DNA from: an uncultured bacterium
GTDB lineage: Bacteria > Zixibacteria > MSB-5A5 > JAABVY01 > JAHJOQ01
NCBI GenBank assembly: GCA_965369655.1
Contig: CBDUQR010000027.1
Coordinates: 1-40,099 of the forward strand
Length of the DNA: 40,099 bases
Direction of reading: 5' to 3'
Below the pieces are notes generated by a model that was not told where the DNA came from, did no database searches, and saw only the letters and a program-made list of their open reading frames with translations. Shown piece by piece: positions 1 to 9,403 of this stretch. A program made the translations under genes and the position numbers. The number at the start of each line of letters is the position of its first letter. Within the stretch, counting starts at the first letter, position 1.

Positions 1-38
1 GTACGCCCGGTGGTGTGACAGGGAAAGCTTGCGAGAGC

Positions 39-2333
39 CTACCTATGTCGATTTTGGTTAAAATGCGCCTTGAGAATTCGAGCGGGTTGGAAGTCGGGCC
101 TGAGCGATAGCGCTGAATCGACCGCGCTTTCGGCGGCGGCAATCTTCCCCAGATTCAGACGAGTCAACGCCAGCAGATACCAGAGTACGTGAGATGATTC
201 ACCCGCATCCAGAAGCACCTGAGCTTCCTGCTCGGCTTCTTCAAAGCGTCCCAGTTGATTCAGTGCGCTTATCAGATTTGTCCGCGCTTCGCTGAACTCC
301 GGGTGCAGCAAGACCGCCTTACGAAGTTCGATTCGGGCCGAATCGAGCAACCCCTTCTGTCCGGCTATTGTCCCGAGATGATAGTGGATCAGTGCCTCGT
401 CTTCATCCAGTTCTCGATTGCGCAGAGACTCAGACCTGGCATTTGCAGCTGTGGCGAAAGTCGGCTGGACAGGGATGCGAAGATTATCAAGAGAAGCGAG
501 GAAATCAGTTTCTGCGAGCTGGTATTGCCCGAGATCGAAACGCAGGACGCCTCTGTGGTATGTGATCTTCGGAGAGTCTTGTCGCAACTCGATGGCACGG
601 CTCAGTTTTTCGATAGCCTCGATATGTTTGCCAGTCCGTCTTGCGGCTACTGTCAGGTTCACAAGGGCTTCGACATAGCTTGGGTTCAGTTCGACAGCTT
701 TCTTGGCGTAGCGATATGACAGGGAATCATTGTTCGCGAACCGCTCGACGACCGACATGTTGTTGTATACCTTGGCGCTCGCAAAACCGGATTCGATCTC
801 TTTGTGCAGATATGTTCGCGCCGAGTCGAGCTCGTCCATCTTGAGGAAGGCGACCCCCATATTGAGATTCACACAGTCAAGCCCGGGATGTTTGACCGCA
901 GCCGCGCGATAGCTCAGCAGCGCCCGCTCGTAATTACCGACGGCAAGGTACCTGTTTCCGAATCTGTAATCATCCTGTGATGTGTCTTTGAAATCGATGT
1001 TATAGGCATTCCCTGCGCAGAAGATGGCCACTGCAAGAAACAGAGCTGCTTTGAATGCCAGTTTCCTGACATCCCGTGAGGAGATATTCCTGACTATCGA
1101 ATCTATTCCGATAGCCGCAAGGACAATCAGCCCTATCAGGATCGGGAGCCTGAAACGCGAATTGACGAAGAACATAATCACTGAGACTGAATAAGTGGCT
1201 GTGAAAAGAAGGACGAGTCTAACCATCGGCTGTCGCCATCTCGCTATGACGCCGATGGCAGCCAGCGGCAACAGTAGCCACATTCCTCCCGGCAGAATGG
1301 TCAACACAGTGATGGAATCACAGAAAGCCGGGATGCTGCGATTGTTGGAAAGCTCGTGGTTGTTAAAGAGAAGATAGGACTTCTTCACAGTGAGCGGTAC
1401 GAATTTCTCCGGTTCGTCAAGAGCGAACTTGAGCGCCTGCATGTACCAGTAATCGGATATTTCGCCGTCCGACAGTCTTCGCCCTTCGGCCTGTTCGGCG
1501 ATTCGGATGCAATCTTCGTACTCCCACGCGTGACCAAGTTCGGGCATGAACGCACTGACGCCATCTGCTTCACTGTTGTTGCCGAGGTAGAGATTAATGC
1601 CGCCCTGGGACGAGATGCCGATCAGATCGCCTGAGAAAACGAAGTTCCTGACAGTGACCGGAACTATGGTGATAACAGCGAATGCAGCCATCAGCGCAAC
1701 CCGGACAAACGCCATGCGGGCGCCTCTTCTCTGGTAGATAATTACAAACACCCAGACAGCCAGCACCGGCGCAAAAAGCAGAATGTTCGGGCGTGTCAAC
1801 GCTGTCAGGCCGAGAAAGATGCCGGCAATAATAAAATACCGTTTCTTCCTCGATGCACACCCTCGCACCACAGCCAGAAGGATCACAAGTGTCAGCGGGA
1901 GGATCAGGAAATCCAGGAGAAACTGTCCCTCGAAGTAAATGAAGATCGGAACGATGGTGTACAGCATCAGGGCGAGTACGCCAATCGTGTAGGAGAACAT
2001 CTCGCTCGCTGTTCTGTAGAGAAGCCAGCCGGTGAGGAGTCCGATGGCATACTGCAGGATCAGAATCAAATACAGGCTTGCGTCTGTAACAGCGAAAAGC
2101 GCTCCGAGGAAATAGAGGTAGAGCGGAGCTCTGAAGAATGCCGAGTCGCCTATGATATTGCCTGAAGCTATGTATTCCGCCCAGGCGAGGTGGAGTTGCT
2201 CGTCTATGGTCAGGTCATCCCAGAATATGGAACCGGCATACTGCAGATGGAAAATCAGCCTGAAAGCCAGCCCCAGGCAGAGCAGTGCCGGTACAAGCCA
2301 TGTCGGATTCCCTCTGTCGGGATCAGTCTGCAT
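39..2333 (-). CDS. GT-C fold (PMT/ArnT-like, GT39/83) membrane glycosyltransferase fused to C-terminal TPR repeats
   Basis: 764 aa ORF; many hydrophobic helices; early loop 'DDLTIDEQLHLAWA', 'FFRAPLY', 'LTRPN', 'GGINLYLGNN', 'RFRLP' typical of this family; helical TPR-like repeats in the last ~300 aa. Confidence 0.8.
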   Translation of the reverse strand: MQTDPDRGNPTWLVPALLCLGLAFRLIFHLQYAGSIFWDDLTIDEQLHLAWAEYIASGNIIGDSAFFRAPLYLYFLGALFAVTDASLYLILILQYAIGLLTGWLLYRTASEMFSYTIGVLALMLYTIVPIFIYFEGQFLLDFLILPLTLVILLAVVRGCASRKKRYFIIAGIFLGLTALTRPNILLFAPVLAVWVFVIIYQRRGARMAFVRVALMAAFAVITIVPVTVRNFVFSGDLIGISSQGGINLYLGNNSEADGVSAFMPELGHAWEYEDCIRIAEQAEGRRLSDGEISDYWYMQALKFALDEPEKFVPLTVKKSYLLFNNHELSNNRSIPAFCDSITVLTILPGGMWLLLPLAAIGVIARWRQPMVRLVLLFTATYSVSVIMFFVNSRFRLPILIGLIVLAAIGIDSIVRNISSRDVRKLAFKAALFLAVAIFCAGNAYNIDFKDTSQDDYRFGNRYLAVGNYERALLSYRAAAVKHPGLDCVNLNMGVAFLKMDELDSARTYLHKEIESGFASAKVYNNMSVVERFANNDSLSYRYAKKAVELNPSYVEALVNLTVAARRTGKHIEAIEKLSRAIELRQDSPKITYHRGVLRFDLGQYQLAETDFLASLDNLRIPVQPTFATAANARSESLRNRELDEDEALIHYHLGTIAGQKGLLDSARIELRKAVLLHPEFSEARTNLISALNQLGRFEEAEQEAQVLLDAGESSHVLWYLLALTRLNLGKIAAAESAVDSALSLRPDFQPARILKAHFNQNRHR

Positions 2334-2419
2334 GCCAGATTCTAAGTACCGACCGGCATAACCGCAAGGCTAAAGTTCAGTGACAGAGCATAGAAATCGG
2401 ACTGTGAATTGAGCGCTAA

Positions 2420-2468
2420 TATGCATTTGTATGCACACGATTGACCGTAATGTGCATTGTGATACACA
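2420..2468. promoter_or_regulatory. Tandem palindromic operator pair TGTGCAT-N4-ATGCACA (putative sigma54 enhancer-binding protein sites)
   Basis: TATGCAT-TTGT-ATGCACA (2420-2437) and TGTGCAT-TGTG-ATACACA (2451-2468), one mismatch each, 31 bp apart. Confidence 0.6.
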
Positions 2469-2503
2469 TCGGCATGTGATTACTGAATTCTTCAGGAAGT
2501 CCG

Positions 2504-2516
2504 TAAGTCTTTGAAC
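2504..2516. promoter_or_regulatory. Putative IHF-like binding site
   Basis: TAAGTCTTTGAAC versus consensus YAANNNNTTGATW (2 mismatches), located between the palindrome pair and the -24/-12 element. Confidence 0.4.
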
Positions 2517-2587
2517 AATGCGGAATTCCATGCTATTCGCAGCCATTTTCTTTTATCACTTGTCGGCTATTCTGCACACCACGGTGA

Positions 2588-2603
2588 CGGCACAGGGTTT
2601 GCT
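2588..2603 (+). promoter_or_regulatory. Sigma54 (-24/-12) promoter
   Basis: CGGCACAGGGTTTGCT matches YGGCACRNNNNTTGCW with GG-N10-GC spacing; about 30 bp upstream of ATG 2635. Confidence 0.7.
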
Positions 2604-2634
2604 CGATCTTGCTTTAGAGAGGCGCAGGTCCGTT

Positions 2635-5589
2635 ATGAGTGTTGAAATGCAAAGACTTAGAACCACAATCCCAGGCTTGCTGATTGCGTGTATGCTCATG
2701 TTGAATCAGGGAGCTTATGGCGCCAGGCTCAGCGAGTCTATTGAGATGAAAATCGCATCAGGTGACTCCAGAGTCATTTCGGCGGTCGTCTTTCTCGAGA
2801 TCGATCCGGAACGGAAGATCGCATTAAGCAAAACGCTCAAATCGATACCGCGATTCAGCGACAGATACGCTGTAGCATACAGTTCCATCCTTTCAGGCAC
2901 AAGGCGTTCTGTCGAGGAATTCTCGCGTCAACTGGACGACGCCGGGCTGGACATAGAAATCGAGAGATCGTTCAAAATATCCAGGGCACTACTTGTGCAG
3001 GGGACTCCGGCGGCTATGGCGCGTCTTTCCGAACTCGAATCTGTACATTATGTTGTTGAAGACACGGTGCTTGAGTTGATAGCGCCGGTTGATGTCGCAG
3101 AGACATCCTCAAGTTCCGGTGGCGCGGAATCGAATCTCCTTGCAATCAAGGCCGATCGCCTGTGGCAAATGGGTTATACCGGTCAGGGCAGGTTTGTGCT
3201 GAGCTTTGACACCGGCGTCGACGGTGCGCATTCGGGACTCTCTGCGAGATGGCGCGGGACGACTTCCGGCGATCCGGAAGCAGGATGGTTTGATCCGTAC
3301 GGTACGACCTGTCCTGTGGACGGCAACGGTCACGGAACTCATGTGATGGGTATCATGGCTGGCGTTCTCGACGGAGATACTGTCGGCGTTGCGCCTGATG
3401 TCGAGTGGGGCTGCGCTGCGGTTATCGATCGCGGGTCCGGATTCACCAAGACAATATCTGATATCCTCGACGCTTTCGATTGGGCCGCAAACCCGGATGG
3501 TGATCCGGAGACAACAGCAGATGTTCCTGACGCGATAAATCACTCCTGGGGAGTGCCGACAGGCATTTTCGAAGCTTGTGACAATACATTCTGGCAGGCA
3601 ATTGACAATCTCGAAGAGCTGGGCATCATAAGCATCTTCGCCTGCGGTAACGAGGGGCCCGATCCGAGCACAATCAGGAATCCCGCCGACCGCGCATCAT
3701 CGCCGCTGAATTCATTCTCGGTGGGAGCAGTCGATCATAATAACAGCAGCTACCCGGTCGCATCGTTTTCGAGCCGCGGACCGGCAAACTGCGACTCGAC
3801 GCAAATCAAACCTGAGATCGTTGCGCCGGGAGTGGCCATCAAGTCACTCAGGGCAGGCGGCGGCTTCAAGCTAATGTCGGGAACATCGATGGCGGCGCCA
3901 CAGGTTGCAGGCGCAGTGGCGCTTCTCCGTCAGTACAACCCCGACGCAACCGCGGAGCAGATAAAGCACGCACTGCTGATGTCCGCAAAGGACGTCGGCG
4001 ATCCGGGTGAGGACAACGCCACGGGTTTCGGTCTGATAGACCTTGAATCGGCGCTCGACTACATGCCAATGCCGTCCCATGCTCTCATTATGTATCGCGG
4101 CTTCGAGATAGTCGACGATGGCAATGAAGTTATCGAGCCGGATGAGACTGTCGAGATGCTGGTAGATATTGAGATCAGGAATTACGACATCGAGGGGCTC
4201 TGGGGCATTCTCGGTACATATAATCCAGATATTTTGATTCTTTCGGATTCCGCCTATTTCGGAACTCTTTCCGCCGGTGAGAGCCTGACCAATGACAGTC
4301 AGCCATTCACTGTCATGGCTCTCTCGTCGATCACTCCCGGAGAACGAGTTACCTTCAGGCTCGACTTCTACAACGATGCGGGCGATTTCATGAACAATGT
4401 CTATTTCGATGTTGTGGTCGGTCAGAGTCAGCAGGCGGCATCGACTACGCTTGAAAACGATCAGCTTTCCGTAGGAGTTTGCAACTACGGCGTGATCGGT
4501 CTTGGGGAGGGTTCTCTGATAGACATGGGTGAAGCTGGCTTCACGGTCGACAGCTCGAATTATCTTGCAGAGTTCGCGCTTCTGATCGCCGACGATCAGG
4601 GCAGGGTGTCTGATGCTGCGCGGGATGGTTCCGGGCAGAGGTCTGACAACGACTTTCTTGCTGATGAGAATTCATCACTCGATATCTACACCGTCGGCCA
4701 GATGGGCGATCTCGAGGCGGTGGGATTATTTTCTGACGATCTCGCCGAAGACCCGATAGGCCTCGATATCGTACAGGATGTTCAGATGTTCTCAGATTCC
4801 GATCTGCGAACCGCTTTGCTCGTCAAGTATCTGATCACGGCACAGGACGGAATTGCAGGATTGACGATCTGTCCCGGCATCATCGTCGACGTCGATTTCC
4901 CGATCGAGGTGTCGATAACTGAATACATCGGGTTTGATGAGTCGAGAAGTCTGTCCTACTTCCACGAGACGACTACCGACCGTCATATTGGCATCGGGCT
5001 TGTGTCGGGTCCGAGTTATTCGTTTGCATTCCTGAGCAATCCCATGGATTCAAATGTGGGGCTGTCCGATTCAGCCAAGGCTGCCGCTGTCTGGTCAGGG
5101 GCAATTGCAGAGCCGCCTTCAAAATCTGCCGACTACGTGAATATCCTCTCGGCTTTGCCGGTAAGTCTCAGTGGGGGCGAGTCGACTGAGATGGCGTTTG
5201 TGATAGTCTGGGCGTCATCCTGGTCTGAGTTGATGCAGAAGTACGACAGAGCATACGAGTTGTACAACTCACCTACATCGGCTGATGATGGTCGACCGAC
5301 ATCTCTGCCGAGCGGTTTCTCGCTTTCACAGAATTATCCAAATCCATTCAATCCGAGCACCTCGATCATGTTCTCTGTCGACCGGGAGCAGCATGTCGCA
5401 CTGACCATCTACAACGTTCTCGGGCAGCACGTCAGGACTCTGGTCGACGGCGCTGTGACAGCCGGATTTCACGATGTGGTTTGGGATGCCACGGATGAAT
5501 CCGGCAACAGCGTGGCCAGCGGAATCTACTTCTACCGGCTCGATACCGGCGAAAGTCACACGACCCGCAAAATGATGCTTCTTAAGTAA
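2635..5589 (+). CDS. Secreted S8 subtilase (bacillopeptidase F-like) with Ig-like domains and C-terminal FlgD-Ig/T9SS-type sorting domain
   Basis: Catalytic triad motifs FDTGVD, HGTHVMG, GTSMAAP; signal-peptide-like N-terminus after M2635/M2647; C-terminal 'QNYPNPFNP...IYNVLGQ...SGIYFYRL...KMMLLK'. The ORF track starts at 2518, but the promoter position favours 2635. Confidence 0.9.
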   Translation: MSVEMQRLRTTIPGLLIACMLMLNQGAYGARLSESIEMKIASGDSRVISAVVFLEIDPERKIALSKTLKSIPRFSDRYAVAYSSILSGTRRSVEEFSRQLDDAGLDIEIERSFKISRALLVQGTPAAMARLSELESVHYVVEDTVLELIAPVDVAETSSSSGGAESNLLAIKADRLWQMGYTGQGRFVLSFDTGVDGAHSGLSARWRGTTSGDPEAGWFDPYGTTCPVDGNGHGTHVMGIMAGVLDGDTVGVAPDVEWGCAAVIDRGSGFTKTISDILDAFDWAANPDGDPETTADVPDAINHSWGVPTGIFEACDNTFWQAIDNLEELGIISIFACGNEGPDPSTIRNPADRASSPLNSFSVGAVDHNNSSYPVASFSSRGPANCDSTQIKPEIVAPGVAIKSLRAGGGFKLMSGTSMAAPQVAGAVALLRQYNPDATAEQIKHALLMSAKDVGDPGEDNATGFGLIDLESALDYMPMPSHALIMYRGFEIVDDGNEVIEPDETVEMLVDIEIRNYDIEGLWGILGTYNPDILILSDSAYFGTLSAGESLTNDSQPFTVMALSSITPGERVTFRLDFYNDAGDFMNNVYFDVVVGQSQQAASTTLENDQLSVGVCNYGVIGLGEGSLIDMGEAGFTVDSSNYLAEFALLIADDQGRVSDAARDGSGQRSDNDFLADENSSLDIYTVGQMGDLEAVGLFSDDLAEDPIGLDIVQDVQMFSDSDLRTALLVKYLITAQDGIAGLTICPGIIVDVDFPIEVSITEYIGFDESRSLSYFHETTTDRHIGIGLVSGPSYSFAFLSNPMDSNVGLSDSAKAAAVWSGAIAEPPSKSADYVNILSALPVSLSGGESTEMAFVIVWASSWSELMQKYDRAYELYNSPTSADDGRPTSLPSGFSLSQNYPNPFNPSTSIMFSVDREQHVALTIYNVLGQHVRTLVDGAVTAGFHDVVWDATDESGNSVASGIYFYRLDTGESHTTRKMMLLK

Positions 5590-5598
5590 AAATCCTGC

Positions 5599-5626
5599 TT
5601 GAATATCACTCCGTCACTGCTATATT
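5599..5626 (+). promoter_or_regulatory. Putative sigma70-type promoter
   Basis: TTGAAT-N16-TATATT with TG-n extended -10, upstream of the M6 protease. Confidence 0.5.
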
Positions 5627-5700
5627 GGGATCATTCATTGGTCTGAGTTTGTTAGACCTGTGAATGGTAGTGGATATAACATCCAGCAGGGAATGTGAGT

Positions 5701-8700
5701 ATGAATGATAAACTATGGATGAAACTTAGTGTTCTTGTTGCGACCATGATGGTCGCTTTCAGTTTGATTGGTACAGGTGCGCAGGCTGTAAGTCTTCATC
5801 CTGATGTACTGGAGAAGATGCGCGCCGAGGGTACTCTCGATGAGCATGTTGCCATGATGAAAGATGCTAGGGAGAGAGGCATGTGGTCTCATTCCGAGCA
5901 CGTTACTCGCAACAGCCTTTCGATGACATCGGAGCCAGAGACTCTGCGCGTCCTGATTCTTCTGATCGATTTCAGCGACAATCAGTGGCAGTCCGGTCCC
6001 AACGGTACTCCCGAGTTTTTCGAGGAATTGATATTCTCGGAGGGAGTTCTCGAATATGGCAGCATGAAAGAGTACTATCTCGAGAATTCGTACGACAATT
6101 TTGTCCTGACCGGAGAGGTGTACGACTGGTACAGGATGCCTCAAACCTATGCGTATTATGTCAATGGGCAATCGGGTACTGGCAGCTATCCCAGAAACAC
6201 TCAGAAAATGGCTGAGGATGCTGTGATGATAGCGAATCCCGACATCGACTACGCTGATTATGACAATGACGGTGATTCGTGGGTGGAGGGGCTGATTATC
6301 GTACACGCCGGTCCCGGCGGCGAGACATCCGGAAGTCCGAATGATATACACTCGCACATGTGGTATATGCGGAGCATCCAGAACTACGACGGAGTTCGTC
6401 TCCTGCCTTACACGGTCGTTCCGGAAGAGCATCCGGATGCTGATGGTCTTGTCAATATAGGCGTCATCTGTCACGAATTCGGACATCTCGGCTTTGGCCT
6501 GCCGGATCTGTATGATACAGACTACTCCTCCACGGGAGTCGGCAGGTGGTCGATTATGGCCTCAGGAAGCTGGAATGGCGGAGGGACGAGACCTGCACAC
6601 TTCGATGCCTGGTGCAAGAAAACGATGGGTTTCGTTCAGCCGATCAATATCCTCGAAAATGAAATCGGACATGTGTTCCCGCCTGTTGAAGAGACTCCGC
6701 ATGTTGTCCGACTGTGGGCGAATGGAACGATGAGCGCACAGTATTTTCTTCTCGAGTATCGGAAGAAAATTGGATTCGACGAATTGCTTCCGGGGGAGGG
6801 TCTTCTGATCTACCACGTGGATGACAACAAGCAGGGTAACTGGGATGAGGAGCACTATAAGGTGGCGGTTGAGCAGGCTGACGGTCAGTTCGACCTGGAG
6901 AATAACAGAAACGCTGACAGCGGCGACCCGTGGCCCGGATGGTCGAACAAGCATGAGTTCTCCGACAGGACTGTGCCTGACACCCGCAGTTATATGCAAT
7001 TGATCACTCAGGTTGCAGTGTGGGATATCACCGACCATGATGACAATATGACTGCAAACCTCGATGTGAGGTTCTCGAAGCCCTGGTTCCACCTGCTCGA
7101 CTCATCATTCGATGATGAGCAGACTGGCAATGGAAACGATACTCTGGAATTGGGAGAGACGATCGAGTTCTTTTTTGAAATAGAAAATGAGTGGTTGGAT
7201 GCGGAAAATGTCACCGTCACTCTGACGCCACTCGATGAGCGCATTCAACCCGTTGTCGGATCGGTTGCGATCGAACTGATGGAAGGACTGGGTGCAATCA
7301 GCACGAACGACGATCAACCGCTGAGCTTTCATATTCCTGACGACATGGACTCGATCCGGGTCAAGTTCCAGCTCACTCTTGATCCGAGCGGTCCGGGTGA
7401 GACGGCCATGTTTGAGGTCGAGGCGAATATCGGCGGCACAAAGGTCCTGATCGTCGCTGACGACGGGGGTGATCTCTGGGGTCAGTATGCCGACTTCTAT
7501 ACCGACGCACTCGATTCACTTAGCTACACATACGAGGTCTGGGACAAGGAGGACCTCGGCTCGCCGGGAATGTGGCAACTCACCTACCCGATGATAATCT
7601 GGTTCACCGGCGACAGCAGTGCAGCTTCATTCAGTTCAGCAGATGTCGAATTCCTCTCCGGCTATCTCGATCTGGGAGGTGGACTATTCCTGACAGGTCA
7701 GGATGTAGCGCAGCATCTCAGCGTTGTCGGACCGGCTTTCCTCAGCGAATACGTTCACTGCTCGTATGGCGGCAGTTTTTCGACGATGCAGACCTTTGTG
7801 CGTGGCGTCGAGGAATCTGTCATTGGAGGAGACACTCTGGATCTGATCATTCGTAATCTCGATGGAGCCGACAATCAAACATCGCCTGACTATGTATTCG
7901 CTCAGAATGAAGATGAGATTTCCATGAAGTACGACGACGGCAGTACGGCGGCCCTCGAGATAGACGCCGATACTTATCGCGTAGTCTTGTTCGGTTTCGG
8001 CTTTGAAGCCATCAGCAGCAGCTACACAAATAGTGGCTGTGAAACGCGCTCGGACGTGATGACCCGGGTGGTCGGTTTTCTGAATGGCAGACAACCCACG
8101 AGTAACAGGCCTCCACTGGCTTTCTCTCTTGTCTATCCCGCTGATGGCGACACGATCGAAACGGATACGATCTCGCTGATCTGGAGATCATCGTTCGACT
8201 TCGATGGAGGCGATCTGATAACATACGAAGTCTTCTACGCACAGTACGACAGCAGTTCCTGGCAGAGCGCGACGGTGACATCCGATACGACTTATGTACT
8301 CACCGGCCTGCAGGCGGGCAATACGTATTTCTGGAAAGTCATGGCGTCGGACAACCACGGGCTTGCTACGAGCAGTGGCGAGACCTTTGCATTCGAATCG
8401 ACAGGTGACATAACGCCACCGTCCTTCATACTCAATCCGATGCCGAACTCGGTCTTTCCATTCGAGTTCGATCTGATGGTCTATCCATCCGAGCCGCTTC
8501 AGTCGACACCCGTGCTGACAGTTACGCTGCCGTCTGGGCAGGATGTGAATGAAACGATGGAGCTGTTGAGCAACAGGGATGCACTGGTGTATGTGGCGCA
8601 CTATCGGGTTACTGTCGCGGGCTCTTATGACTTCACTGTTTGTGGTACTGATGAAGCTGGGCTGGATAGTTGCACAGGTGAGGGCTTTTCTCTGGCGCCA

Positions 8701-9387
8701 ATATTCGAAGGCGAAGAGACAATTCTGAGAAGTCGTTCAGGATTGTTTGACCTGACAGTTCCGACATATGCCACCAGCGGTAATGCTTTGCTCATAATGA
8801 ACGAATTGGATGCTGATAATCGGGATATACCCGCAGGCTTCACATCGATAGTTGTGATACAGGCTAAGTCGGGTGTGTCAATGTTACAGCCTGTGCAGTT
8901 GGCTGCCGATCTGGATATGATCGAGATGCCCGGCACCGACCGGAAATATCTCGGTATCCTGCACCTGACCGATGACGGAGCAAGAATACTTCCGACGCGG
9001 TATGATGAAGCTGGAAACAGGCTGATCGCTGACATTGATGAATTCGGGACGTATGCGCTCGTGAAGGCGGAAGAGGGATTCCAGTTCGATCATGGTCCCG
9101 TCGCACCGTCGTCATTCGCGTTAGGCCAGAACTGGCCGAATCCGTTCAATGTGAGCACATCAATATCATTCGATCTGCCTGATCGTGCGCGAGTGAGCCT
9201 GGTGATATACAATCTCCTCGGTCAGAAAGTGGTGACGCTGCTTGACGGTCATGCCGAGGCGGGCAATCATATCATCAATTGGAACGGAAAGTCCTCGTCG
9301 GGTGAAGTAGTGAGTTCGGGCATTTATTTCTATCGGCTCAAGACGGACGCCTTCACAGAAACAAAGAGAATGGTACTTCTGAAATAG
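5701..9387 (+). CDS. Secreted M6 family (immune inhibitor A-like) metalloprotease with Ig/FN3-like domains and C-terminal FlgD-Ig/T9SS-type sorting domain
   Basis: Signal peptide; 'IIVHAGPG', 'IHSHMW', zinc motif 'HEFGHLGFGLPDLYD', Met-turn 'WSIMASGSW', 'GLLIYHVD'; C-terminal 'QNWPNPFN...IYNLLGQ...SGIYFYRL...RMVLLK'. Start may be GTG 5695 or ATG 5701. Confidence 0.9.
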   Translation: MNDKLWMKLSVLVATMMVAFSLIGTGAQAVSLHPDVLEKMRAEGTLDEHVAMMKDARERGMWSHSEHVTRNSLSMTSEPETLRVLILLIDFSDNQWQSGPNGTPEFFEELIFSEGVLEYGSMKEYYLENSYDNFVLTGEVYDWYRMPQTYAYYVNGQSGTGSYPRNTQKMAEDAVMIANPDIDYADYDNDGDSWVEGLIIVHAGPGGETSGSPNDIHSHMWYMRSIQNYDGVRLLPYTVVPEEHPDADGLVNIGVICHEFGHLGFGLPDLYDTDYSSTGVGRWSIMASGSWNGGGTRPAHFDAWCKKTMGFVQPINILENEIGHVFPPVEETPHVVRLWANGTMSAQYFLLEYRKKIGFDELLPGEGLLIYHVDDNKQGNWDEEHYKVAVEQADGQFDLENNRNADSGDPWPGWSNKHEFSDRTVPDTRSYMQLITQVAVWDITDHDDNMTANLDVRFSKPWFHLLDSSFDDEQTGNGNDTLELGETIEFFFEIENEWLDAENVTVTLTPLDERIQPVVGSVAIELMEGLGAISTNDDQPLSFHIPDDMDSIRVKFQLTLDPSGPGETAMFEVEANIGGTKVLIVADDGGDLWGQYADFYTDALDSLSYTYEVWDKEDLGSPGMWQLTYPMIIWFTGDSSAASFSSADVEFLSGYLDLGGGLFLTGQDVAQHLSVVGPAFLSEYVHCSYGGSFSTMQTFVRGVEESVIGGDTLDLIIRNLDGADNQTSPDYVFAQNEDEISMKYDDGSTAALEIDADTYRVVLFGFGFEAISSSYTNSGCETRSDVMTRVVGFLNGRQPTSNRPPLAFSLVYPADGDTIETDTISLIWRSSFDFDGGDLITYEVFYAQYDSSSWQSATVTSDTTYVLTGLQAGNTYFWKVMASDNHGLATSSGETFAFESTGDITPPSFILNPMPNSVFPFEFDLMVYPSEPLQSTPVLTVTLPSGQDVNETMELLSNRDALVYVAHYRVTVAGSYDFTVCGTDEAGLDSCTGEGFSLAPIFEGEETILRSRSGLFDLTVPTYATSGNALLIMNELDADNRDIPAGFTSIVVIQAKSGVSMLQPVQLAADLDMIEMPGTDRKYLGILHLTDDGARILPTRYDEAGNRLIADIDEFGTYALVKAEEGFQFDHGPVAPSSFALGQNWPNPFNVSTSISFDLPDRARVSLVIYNLLGQKVVTLLDGHAEAGNHIINWNGKSSSGEVVSSGIYFYRLKTDAFTETKRMVLLK

Positions 9388-9403
9388 ATTAAGGTGAGTG
9401 AAG

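Noticed and set aside
2518..2634. N-terminal extension of the S8 ORF from ATG 2518
   Set aside because: Overlaps the sigma54 promoter and precedes the signal-peptide-like segment; later start is more plausible
5713..7092. Long antisense ORFs (257 aa, 176 aa) and similar shadow ORFs across the window
   Set aside because: Lie opposite well-supported genes, no recognisable motifs; expected from codon bias
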